Shown in pieces: positions 1-10,833 of a stretch of 64,000 bases of DNA (its first letter is position 1; each line of letters begins with the position of its first letter). The position numbers were made by a program, and so were the translations under genes. The notes below the pieces were generated by a model that made no database searches, had not been told where the DNA came from, and worked only from the letters and a program-made list of their open reading frames with translations. The stretch is from positions 701,267 through 765,266 of the forward strand of contig RHPI01001116.1 in assembly GCA_009103225.1 (NCBI GenBank), read 5' to 3'. This DNA comes from Chlorokybus atmophyticus. Its lineage: Eukaryota; Plantae; Mesostigma and Chlorokybus algae.

Positions 1-230
1 GAAGATACCGCCTTACTTCCTCTGAGTAACAGTGCCACGTAGAGCGTCGACCAGGATGTGCAGGTTGAACCCAAGAAAAAAGAATAAAAAGGTTGGAACA
101 AGGGACGCTGACAGGACCCAAAAAGGAAAGGTGAGGCATCGTTACAACATTACAAGAAGCACAGCGCCTTGAAGCCTCAATGGGGCTGCTTGTGTGTGCT
201 GAGTAGGCACACGCGGGTTTACAGCGTTAA

Positions 231-1040
231 GTGGCTGCTCAGCATCGTCTAGAGAGACAGCCGGTGCGGCACGAGCTGCCTAAGCTTAAAGCACCGACGC
301 GCAGACGCTTTGAGGGGCTGACTCGTAGTGCAAAGAAGTTGATCGCCCTACAATACGCCCAAGACGCGCTGCATCCCCGCATGCTCCATGCCTCGAGGTG
401 GGTGACGAAAGTATGCAATAAGTGGGAGCAAACGCGGAGAGTGCGGTTTAAACAGACCTTTAGGGATTGGCCATGGTTGGAACCCAAACACGATGTGGCC
501 ATCTGTAGTACATTGTTGCCCCTCGCCGTCCTCGATATGATGGTGTTGTTGCTGCCGCAGCAACCCGGCAATGTGCAAGAGCTATCCGAGCAGCCGAACT
601 TCAACCTGCTACAGCAGATGTACCAATCGATGTCAATTGATGCGGGTCGAGATGTGTGCCACTACTGAGCAAACATACTGGGTGGCAAGTAAAACCATTC
701 GAGCAATACTTGGCATGCTTTGACTGGCAGTGGCTGTATGTCATATGGAACGTCGAGCTAATTCTGTGAAAGCTCGAAGAAAATGGCGATGCGGGGAAGT
801 ACACGAGTGACGACAGCCATGTCGAGGGCCTGGATGAACGCATGCTGGACGAGACCACCAAGACCAGCACGTGATGTATGGCGGCAAATGGGCGTCAGGT
901 GATCGAGCAGGCAGTGGAGCGTTATGCTGCGCCATTCAGATGGGAGTCGCTACGCCTGCAACGCGATTACAGAGTTTGGTGGCAGAGGCAGCTTGCACAC
1001 CCGCGTGCACCATGCGTGCTGATTTGTCGCATTGAAGAGC
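231..1040 (+). pseudogene. Degenerate coding region of unknown family
   Basis: A 145-aa ORF (231-668) is followed, after a frameshift, by a protein-like frame (SKHTGWQVKPFEQYLACFDWQWLYVIWNVELIL*KLEE...*CMAANGRQVIEQAVERY...). Its stops are TGA, as expected from CGA decay. No family recognised. Confidence 0.3.
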
Positions 1041-1041
1041 C

Positions 1042-1042
<1 letters not shown>

Positions 1043-1123
<81 letters not shown>
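1043..1123. repeat. Poly-C homopolymer (81 nt) followed by an N at 1125
   Basis: Directly visible; probably a contig junction, so the length is unreliable. Confidence 0.95.
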
Positions 1124-1499
1124 ANATGAATCAAAGAATCTACAAACGTGTCCCTTCTGCAAGCAACCTCACCCGTTTGGTCGCCAAGCCTGATACAAGA
1201 CGCCAACGTGTTGGCGGTGATTTGGCCCCCACCTTGATGACAATTGTGCATGTATTGTAGTTTTGTGTTGGCTTTGTGAACCATGTAGGTACATGTATAG
1301 TTGCAGCATGGTGCATGGTGCACCCGAGATCTGCTGTTGTCAGAAGCATTGGCTGTACATGTGTATGATGACTGCCCGGCGCATGAGTCAGTGCATGGCT
1401 TGCATACCTCACTGGTTCAGAGCGTGGTCGACAGCAACAGACTCGGACAGCGCTCTGAGTTCCATAGAATGACAGCACAGTATTACTCTACGATCGTGA

Positions 1500-1600
1500 T
1501 AAAATGCGAGTATCCTTGTACTGTAGTACCATTAACAGATGGAGTACCATTCATGTTATTGTAGTACCATGCATGGTACAACAATAGCGTCCATGGTACA
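1500..1600. repeat. GTACCAT/ATGGTAC motif array, including a perfect 16-bp palindrome at 1564-1579
   Basis: About 5 copies of GTACCAT or its reverse complement, including GTACCATGCATGGTAC. Confidence 0.65.
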
Positions 1601-1721
1601 GTCGTGCTTCACTTGAAGTGTAACCCATTTAGGGTTCGTAAGCTGGCAACCCTACATTGATGCCCATACCCTAAAGTCTCGCTCAGTTTGTGGGCAGCCG
1701 TGCCGATTCCTATTTTGCAAG

Positions 1722-3445
1722 ATGTCGGCGGCAGCAGTTGAATCCCCCTCACCTAAGAGACCATGCTTGGTGTGCCCACAATGCAAAGCGTACGTATGTG
1801 CCAATGGCCGTAGGCAGCAAATGCAAGCACACTTGACCGAATGCCAGCGAGTGCAGAAAGTGTGCCACGGTTTTAGTGCTGCTTGCTGGCATCGCACCAC
1901 ATACAACGTCGACGTGTTTGGCTGCCGCCTCGGCAAAGTGCTGTGCAAGGAACCTGAGTTTTTCCATTACGTGCAGTGTGTGTGCGAATCGTGCTCGCGC
2001 TTATGCTTCGAGTGGCGAGGGGAACCCATGCGCTTCTTTACATGGACAACAACGGGACATGGGTTTAGTGGACAGGTGGTGGATGCTGTGGAGGTAATTC
2101 GGCAGAGTGGATCGCGACGTATCACTGCATGCTATATTGGGCGTATGCTTACTTCATGTATGCTGAAGCTGCTGTCGCATTCAGAGCAGTCTTCCACGGT
2201 GTGAGCGTGGGTAGTTCCATCCCCTGGCCGCTGTAGAGGAGGCAGACCATCGACCGTTTGACAGCGCAATGCATTGGCTGCGAAACGCAGTTAAGTTGGG
2301 ATGCGAGCAGATGATCGGTGTGAGTGTCATGGTGTATTGGCCGCTGGATGGGGAATGGTATGCGGGCGTCGTGGAATCATTCAAGCAAGCGTCAGGTCAG
2401 CATTGCTTCATGGCGTGCGAGATTGAGGACTTATCATATATGCATGGTGCAATGAAAAATGTCTTTGCAGGGCAGCACAGTATAGTATTCGATGACGGTG
2501 ATCGACCACAAACCATCAACTTCAAGGGGCACAACGGATTCGCGTACACATCAGTTGACGAGGCACGCCATGTTCTGCGCGCCGGAGGGGAGAACGTCAG
2601 TTGCAAAGTAAGCCCGGACGGCATCATTGTTAGTCCCAGGCCAGCACCACGGCCAGCCTTGACCACATACATGCCATGTGACAACAAGCTTGGAAGCACA
2701 CGCAGACAAAGGGCACTCGACCTATTCTGCGGCGGTGGCGGTGCCAGTGTCGTCTATATCACGCAGGCTTTGACGTGACCGGGATGGACATAAGTCCCTC
2801 GTCTAAGTACCCGCTGCCCTTCTTACAACACGATGTATGCACGCTGAGTGCAGGAGAGCTGAGCGAGTACGAGCTCATATGGGCAATTCCACCATGCCAG
2901 GCCTATTTAGGTGCTATCCCGGCACCTCAACGGGCGGCACATGGCACATCCTGGAGACACCAGAATATAATACCGCTCGTCCGACATTTGCTGCTGGCAA
3001 GCCAGGTTCAGTTTGTGATTGAGAATGTGCAAGGAGCAGCTTCCTCATTCAGACCCAATCTGTCCCTTTGTGGCACGATGTTTGGCCTATCAATTTCCGA
3101 CACTGTCTGTTTAAGACACAACCAGTGGTAGCTATCCCACCAGCACGCTGCTCACACGCGGGCAAGGCGGTGAGACTGCTATCGCCGCACCTGTCCACTA
3201 GCGCGAAGAAGACAATCGTGACATCAAATGCGCCATAGCAAATGTACCCGGTCTATGGCCTTTCAAGCACTAGGGACGGCATTGCTGCATAGCAAACAGC
3301 GCTGGGAGTGCCATGGATGACCTCGGCCGTTACCATAGCAAATGCAGTTCCTCTCGCAATGGCGAAGTGCATAGGGCGTCCCATGCTTGAAACAATGGAT
3401 ATGCGCTGTGACTACCCTCCTGTGTCACGGAACTATGAGGCTTGA
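1722..3445 (+). pseudogene. Cys/His-rich Zn-binding region + Tudor domain + C5 DNA cytosine methyltransferase (small phage/bacterial type), inactivated
   Basis: Zn-like motif CPQC..H..C. Tudor-like IGVSVMVYWPLDGEWYAGVVESF..G|QHSIVFDDGD once the GT-AG intron 2396-2470 is removed; a probable intron lies at ~2094-2181. MTase motifs: I (ALDLFCGGGG), AGFDVTGMDI, IV (WAIPPCQAY), VI (FVIENVQGA), LCGTMFGL..FRHxLF, and C-terminal ALGVPWMT..IANAVP..A..IG. Two 1-nt frameshifts (~2762, ~3093) and three TAG stops. Confidence 0.8.
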
Positions 3446-5073
3446 GTGTGGTGCACTGTATTGATGCTTAATGCCACACGGCGGACTGATTGTTGAATGT
3501 TGCATGGCTGGTGTGCATTCCTAACACCGCTATGCAGGTCCACCCGCAGCTGACGTATTGCTGGTGTGTAGAAAGCCTCGGTTCTCAATTCCCGGTCCTC
3601 ATCCATCTCCAACAGATCTGATTTGGTGACGAGACAAACATCGCAAGGATGTCGTGTTTGGTTGTCTGACACAGTGCGTGCGAGTGTGGCAGTCTCCTGC
3701 AACACGACAAACTCAAATGCTATACTGACAAAATACTCCATGCATTGTTTGCCAACAGGCTGCATCCGGTTACAACCATGCATGCCCACTATCTGCAAGT
3801 CGATGTTGTAGTTGGCAAGCGCGGGAAACACACGACGCTCGATGCCATTCGGGTCGATGAGCTGCAGACCTTCTCAGCTCGCCCGCTTCACATCCCCTAA
3901 CACTACATTCAAAGCGTCATTAAAAATCTCACGTTTCCGAAGAGAACGATTTGCCTTGCCCTGCGCCCAGGTGGGATGCCCGGCCACTGCGTGAACCACT
4001 GGCAGAAGCGCTATCATAACAACCCCCATGTTGCTAGCATACATGTCCCAGCTGTAGTTGGCAAGCGATGCCACCGGAGGGTAGCCAGAGCGCTTGCCCG
4101 CGCTGTCTAGCGTGGTTTTGCCACTGTATAGAATGGCAGGCGCCACGTAGAACGCTTCCCCAACCTCTCTCCTCAAATCCACCTTTACATCCTTCCATCA
4201 ATCGCCCGTGGAAGGATGGCCAAAGCTGTGCTCGTCACCACTGTACTGGATATTGAAGCCATTAGCGGCATGTGAAGTGCCATACAACTGCGCGAGCCAT
4301 ACCTGCTCCGACCAAAAGCATTAACAGGCATGCTGGCCTTAGAACAAATACTGCATCGATACTGCATTAGATACTGCATTTCACAGACCTTGGCCGGCAT
4401 ATATGTGACGCTGATGTCCTGATCCTCAGGGTCTCCAGGCTTGCGCAGGTCAGCCGTAACGTAGTTCGGATACGGCAGCACACTCGCATGTGCATATGTG
4501 ACATGGCTCTGATGGTTGAAGCACATGCACCGCACACTGTGAACACACCTCTGACTGAGAGAAAGCAATCGTGGTCTAGAGGTAGCTGGCCACATGCACA
4601 CCGGTCTCCCACTGGAGCTCTTCCATTTGAAAGTGTGCATTTTTGATGCACTTGATGATCCGCCCCATGTCGGAGGCCGACAGGCCTTGGCCGTTGTTGC
4701 ACTGCACGAATGCCACTGCAAGAGCATGCTCCGAGCCATATCACCCAGATTTCGACGCATGCGAAGGGACGCCTCCACTTCCATGTTGGCGTGCTACAGG
4801 TTTCTCAGGCACACGCACACATCAAAAGCCCTCATTCACTTTCTCCTCCTCATGTTGCTGCTGTGCGTGTGTCTCATGAAGGAATCCTTCAGCATTAAGC
4901 ATGTGCGCATCCTGGATCGATCTCCTCGGTTCAACATGACCTGCATCGTACTGAAATGGACGCTGGCCGACATACAGCTTGATTTGCTTGCACACCCTGC
5001 TGCTAATAATGTGCATGTAGACCGAGCTGCGTGTGGCGAAGCGCATGTGGCAATACGGACAAAAGACTCCCAT
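3433..5073 (-). pseudogene. Plavaka-family transposase remnant (N-terminal Zn finger plus first half of the transposase), 3'-truncated
   Basis: CPYCHMRFATRSSVYMHIISSRVC Zn finger; HPSTGD*WKDV (TGDWW-like); APAILYSGKT (SDKT-like); GYPPVASLAN; VMIALLPV; RKREIFNDALNVVL; EGLQLIDPNGIERRVFPALANYNIDLQ|ETATLA..HPCDVCLV. This is the motif order of Plavaka (PF18759-type) transposases. Several stops and a decayed splice donor are present. Confidence 0.78.
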
Positions 5074-5217
5074 ATCTCACTACCAACGTCGACACAGGTG
5101 TCGCCAATGTAACCTGCATCATATTCAGCAACACGCACACCCGCCGCCGCCGCCGCCACCGCCACCGCTACCCTTGCATGCCAGAGGCGGGAAATGTGGC
5201 CGCCATTCACTGGCTCC

Positions 5218-5378
5218 GTCGTACCATTATTGTGGTACAATCGAGCCATTGCACGTCCAGGGTGAGTCTCTGCACAAATATCCTAATTAAACCGTTTCAA
5301 TGGTACGAAGATGCCTTTGCCAAAAGGTACAATTGAAATGGTACCTTGGTCAGCGGCAATGGCAGCTCGTACCATTGA
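5218..5378. repeat. Second GTACCAT/ATGGTAC motif array
   Basis: gtaccatt, gtggtac, atggtacg, ggtacaattgaaatggtacc and gtaccattg occur within 160 bp, upstream of the transposase start. Confidence 0.6.
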
Positions 5379-5834
5379 CAAGTGCTGGCAATGCCAGTCC
5401 CTGCGCATGAAAACACCATTGATAGCTCCGCCAAGCTATGCCCTTACATGGCAGTGATGCCGAGGGTATGTGGCGTTTGGTGGATCGTTGGCGGCGCTGC
5501 CAGGGGCATAGTGGGCATTGTGGTCGAGGTCTGGGATGAATGCCATGTTCGCACAGGGCGGGCCGGGTGCCGAAGGGGTGTCTTTGGTGTCAAATCCCAC
5601 CATGCCCATTAAGGGCACAGTCAATGACAACAGTGACTCGGGAGATCCCCTAAGGGCTCCCCCTCTGAGTGGGCAAAGGCACACCACAATATGGCCTCTA
5701 AGAACATCCGACCCACCAGCGGCTGCGACCACGGAGACATGATTGAAGGGACCAAACAAGACTGGCATAACCAAGGTGGGTTACGTTGCACTGTCAATGC
5801 CACATGCTAGGGTTCTTTTATCTTGCACATGCAC

Positions 5835-6260
5835 TGTTGAAGGACTAGCATGCACATGTAGTTGAGGCAAGCATAGACACACAAAGATAGAGCTACCGCC
5901 ACCAGAGCATACACAAGTCACATCACATTCATCTATTACAAGTTGTCCGCTAGTTTCTTATACAAGCCAGTTACACACACGTCTACGTTTGCAAGCACTG
6001 CGTAAGCTATACTCAGCCATTTAACGTGCTTTAAGCTGCATTGTCTTTCTTACAACCAGAGCTTTTCAACAAGCTCTTACACGCCTAATATGAGTAAGTA
6101 TACACGGAGATACAAAGCAGTTAGTAAGGCTCCAGTCTGGAGTCCGGAGTCTGGTCCGACGACGCCATCTTGATAAGTCCGGACCTAGTGCTCGTCCTTA
6201 CGACCTTCTACTCCTGTGTGGAGGGTCGATGCTGGTCGTATGTAGGAATGACTCTCAACA
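5835..6260 (-). repeat. 3' LTR of the outer copia element
   Basis: About 95% identical to 13126-13549 (about 20 substitutions and 2 indels, counted by eye). Confidence 0.95.
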
Positions 6261-6302
6261 CTCCCACGCAAGCAGCTTGACCTTCAACGCTTGCTCCTGT
6301 AG

Positions 6303-9300
6303 TCAAACACAGATGCCAATTCCTGCGCAACAAGTCTTGAACTTGAGCGGTGACAATGGCTTTGTCATGAAGTCCGCCAGCATGCCCTTGGTGTTGCAGT
6401 ACTGGAACTTCACCTCCTTCCTTGTGACTCTGTCACGCACAAAGTGATGCATGACATTAATGTGCTTCGTCCTTGCCGAGGCGATAGGGTGCTTCAACAA
6501 CTTGATGGCTCTTTGGTTGTCACGGTTGATGACGATGCACGCCATGGGATGCTCCAAGTCTGCCATGAGCTTACGAAGCCAGAGTGCCTCCTTCACTGCT
6601 GCTGCTGCTGCCATGTACTCAGCCTCTGATGTAGATGCCGCTGTTGTTGGCTGCAGCCTGCTGTTCCAGCTCACCACGCCTCCGTTCAGCTTGAAGACGT
6701 AGCCTGTAGTAGACCTCCTGCTGTCGAGGTCACCAGCAAAGTCCGAGTCGCAGTAGCCCTCCAACTCAATGCTCCCGCTCCCAAACTTGATGCCAACTGT
6801 TGCACTCCCAGCAACAAAGCGTAGTACTCCCTTTGCTGCTCTCCAGTGCTTCATGCTCGATGCAGACATGTAGCGAGCAAGTACTCCCACAGCATTATAC
6901 ATGATGTGCAACATCGGGACGTGTGCACACTGCGAGATAGAGCATGCTGCCTACCAGCTCACCTTATGAATATTGAGCCTTGTCGAGTACCTCCTCATCC
7001 TTTGCGTTGATGAGGGCAATGCCAAGTGCCAGCGGTGTGGTCTTGGTCTTTGCATTAGTGAGCCCAAACTTGGTGACGAGTCTTCTCACCATCTGCTCCT
7101 GACTGAGTTTGATTGTGCGAGCAGCCCTGTCGCGCTCAATCATCATGCCAAGGAACCACTTGGCCTCTTCAAGATCACGAATTATGAATGCTTGCTGTAG
7201 CGCAAGTTTCGTCTCCTGCAGGTGGTGCACCTGCCTGGCGGTGATGAGAATATCATCCACATACACGAGCAGTCGGACCCTGTTGTCTACATGGAAGAAG
7301 AGCCCAGGGTCTGCAGAGGATGCTGTGAAGCCAAGTGCCTCCAGCTTCTTGGTGAGCTTGATGTGCCACATCCGCGGTGCCTGTCGCAGCCCATACAGTG
7401 CCTTGATTAGCTTGCACGCTGTGCCTCTCTCCCCTTCTTCATATCCAGGTGGTTGCTCGACGAAGATCTCCTCCTCCAGTTCTTCGTAGAGGAACGCAGT
7501 CTTCATGGTGAGGTGATGCAGCTTTAGGTCCTCAGCAACAACCACAGCTAGCAGTGCACGGAAGGTGGTATGCTTACTTGCAGGTGCAAACACTTCGTTG
7601 AAGTCCACACCTTCCTACTGCAAAAAGCCCTTTTGCCACCAGTCTTGCCTTGTAGCGCTCGATGTTGCCCTGACCATCACGCTTCACCTTGAAGACCCAT
7701 GTCACTGAAATGGTCTTCACTCCTTGCGCTAACTGCCCCGGTGACCAAGTGTTGTTGGCATGGAGTGACGCAATTCCCTCGTCCATAGCATGCTGCCATC
7801 GCTTCGAATTTGGTGCTAAAAATGCCTCCTCGTAGGTGCTTGACTCCTTATTGTGCACACTGGCGACGTGTGCCTTGTGTAAAAAGTCAGGTGCCTTTCT
7901 GTCCCTCACTGGGTATCTCTGAGCTGCGTGCTCCTGCTGCAGGTGCGGCTCCTCCTGGCCTGCTACAGCTGAGTCCTGCTCACCCTTATTGTTGATGATG
8001 GCCTTGCCTGTAGCCTCCACTGTCTTTGGATGCTCCTTTGGCTGTGCTTTATCTTCAGGAAAGGGGCCTGCTTCTGGTTGTGATAATCCCTCGTGGAAAA
8101 CCACCTCTCTGCTTACGATGATCTTCCGAGTGTCCTTAAGCAAGATTCTGTAAGCCTTGGAACCCGGTTCATAGCCAACGGAGATGCCCTTCTTGCTGAC
8201 CGGCTCCAGCTTGTGCCTGAGCTGTTTAGGCACTAGTGCATATGCCGTGCATCCAAACACACGCATACCACTCACAGCTGGTGTGGCTCCATAGAAGTGC
8301 TCCCACAGAGTCTTCTGCTCTGAGCTCACCGGAATCCTGTTGCGGATGTAGTTGGCAGTGAGTACCGCCTCCTTCCACATAATGTCTTCCATCTTGGTGT
8401 AATTGAGCATGGCTCATTCACGCTCCAAGAATGTCCTGCTGAGGCGTTCAGCTGCTCCATTCTGCTGCGGGGTGTGGGGTGCCGTTGTCTCGTGGCGTAT
8501 GCCCTTGCTAGCGAAGAACTCCTTCAACTCTTGAATGATGTACTCCTCTCCTCGATCACTCCTCATTGCTTTCATCTTGTTGCCAGACTGGGTCTCCAAC
8601 AGGGCCACAACTGTGCGCACAACTCCAGCAACATCTGACTTCAGTGTCAATGGAGGGTTGACGGATAGCTTGCTGTAGTCGTCGAGGAATGTAGCAAAGT
8701 ACCTGACCCCTCCCTTCGCCACAATGCGCATAGAGCCACAGACATCCATGTGCACAAGCTCGCAATGATGCTGACTGCTAGATATGGATGATGGGAATGG
8801 TATAGCACGCTGCTTTGCAACTAGGCAAGGTTCACAAAGTGCACCTAATGCATTCTTGAGTTCTTCTGTGCTGAGATGGATGCCCTTGACCATTTTCTCA
8901 GCGACAAGGCGAGTGAGGTTGACGTAGTTGGGATGCCCGAACCTTCGATGCCACAATGTTGGCGACTCCTTGTCCTTCACCATTATGGCTTGAATGTCAA
9001 TGCCCTGAGAGTGCTGCTCCACGTGGTAGAGCCCTCCCGAATCAGCAATTCCAACCATGTGCACAACCCCATCAAGGATGACTGTGCAGCCACCCTTCCG
9101 GAACACTATCTCAGCACCCAAGCGCTCAGCAACTCTTACAGAGAACCGACTCGCAACAGCCTTTGGAACATGCAGAACGTCTCGTAACAACACCTCTCGC
9201 TGTGTGTTACCAACCTTCCACAGAAGTCGCACATTGCCAACTCCCTCAGCCACTAGTACTTCACTACCAAAGCCCGCCACCTTAATTGTGGACGTCAGCT

Positions 9301-10231
9301 TCCTGTAGCCCTCCATCACCTCCTTGTTTGGTGTGAGATGACAATCGCAACCAGAGTCCACCACCCAGAAAGCTGTGCCCGCCCTCGAAGTGGATGCAGT
9401 GAAGGCGACATGTTTCTCCTTGTGTTGGTGCTCGTTGCCGCTGTTGCCGGTGCTTGCTCTAGGTTGCCCCTGTTGTTTCTTCTTACAGTCCTTCACAATG
9501 TGCCCCTTCCAACCACACCAATGGCATGTGAGGTCTTTGTGACGAGGATTGCCCGGCTTGTTGCCCTTATTCTTCTCTTCATGGTTGCTCTTCTTCCCGT
9601 GCTTGTTGGTGTAGAAGGCCACGGCATCAGCTTGCTCGTCCTTCTTCACAACCCTTTGCTCCACGGTGAGCAGGTTCGGTAGCACATCGTCAAACGTCAA
9701 CTCCGATGATGACGTCTCCAACAGGGTTGCGACGACCTCGTATTCTGATGGTAGCCCTGCAACAATGGCCAGCACTACCTCCGTCTCCCCTATGTTGTGG
9801 CCGATGCTGATGAGGTTTGCCCATAGCTCTCTTGCGCGTGCAACATATTTTGTGATAGGTTCTGCTGCCTCCTTCCCGAGTGCGCTGAGCTGCTTGCGTA
9901 GATGCAACTTTCTGGCATTATTCTTGGCTCTGAAAACGGCTGATAGCTTTTCCCAAGCTTGTCTACCATCTTCACATGCAGTGAGCATGGGAAAGTGATG
10001 CGCTTTGCTGATCAACACAAGCAAAGAGTGTGCTTCTGCTAAATGACCAAACCACACAGTGTTCGCTCCTGGTGTTGGTGGTGGTGCCTTTGGATCAACG
10101 CACTTCGACACCTTCTTGTGGATGAGCAAGGCCTTCAGCGCCACGCACCATGTGTTGTAGTTGTTGGTGTCCAGCTTTGCAATCTGCCCCTTGTCGTAGA
10201 TCGCCTCCATCATTGTCGTGCCTGCCTTCAC
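6303..10231 (-). pseudogene. Copia gag-pol polyprotein, frameshifted
   Basis: gag, CCHC knuckle CHWCGWKGHIVKDC, protease WVVDSGC, integrase HMDVCG..RSDRGEEY..TPQQNGAAER, RT RYKARLVAKG..KALYGLRQAPRMW..LLVYVDDILI, RNase H GYCDSDFAGDLDSRRSTTGY..STSEAEY. Split over four ORFs (8414-10231, 7574-8410, 6964-7608, 6303-6914). Confidence 0.95.
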
Positions 10232-10310
10232 TTGCAGTTGACACCCAAGGCTCTGCTACCAACAAGCTACCGTAGTGTAGAACTACTATGCACACAAGCT
10301 GGTCTCACAC

Positions 10311-10779
10311 TGTTGAGATTCGGACACTACAGACCATGCATGGAGTTGGTGCAAGCACAAGTACACACACTCTACCAGAGCATACACACAAGGCTGATCC
10401 AAAAGGCTTTCTAAGGATTACAACAAAGTCACACCGCGGGCTTTTATACCCGCCAGTTCTGCACCTGTCTACTCTAGAAGCCACCACGACTTCTATACTC
10501 AACCGATTCCTGCGCTCTAAGTTGCACCACGTAGCTACTTTTACGAGCTTTCCAACAAGCTATAACACGTGCCATACAATGACGTAACCACCGAGCTACA
10601 ACGTTTCTTCTACAGCGCCTGGAAGTCTCCAGACTCCGAACTCGACTCCGCGCCTGGAACCTTCTCGACTGAAGTCCTCGCCTGGACCTTTCTCGACTGG
10701 AACCTTCTCGCGCCTGAATCTTCTCGCGGCTATTCTTATCCACAGGGCAAGCTGACCGGATACAAGAATATCCTCAACA
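10311..10779 (-). repeat. 3' LTR of the inner element
   Basis: TGTTGAG...CTCAACA ends; about 99% identical to 12624-13092. Confidence 0.95.
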
Positions 10780-10833
10780 CTCCCACGCGAGCAGCTTGGC
10801 CTTTAACATCTTCGATGCCAACTCCTTGCGTAC

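Larger units (their letters stand above)
1500..5380. mobile_element. Putative Plavaka-type DNA transposon carrying a methyltransferase cargo gene
   Basis: A Plavaka transposase remnant and a convergent cargo gene lie between two arrays of the same GTACCAT motif. No clean TIR or TSD was identified, so the boundaries are inferred. Confidence 0.45.

Noticed and set aside
878-1323. Poly-Pro and poly-Gly ORFs
   Set aside because: Translation artefacts of the poly-C tract at a contig junction.
1620-1680. TTTAGGG/CCCTAAA telomere-like motifs
   Set aside because: Isolated single copies, not arrays.
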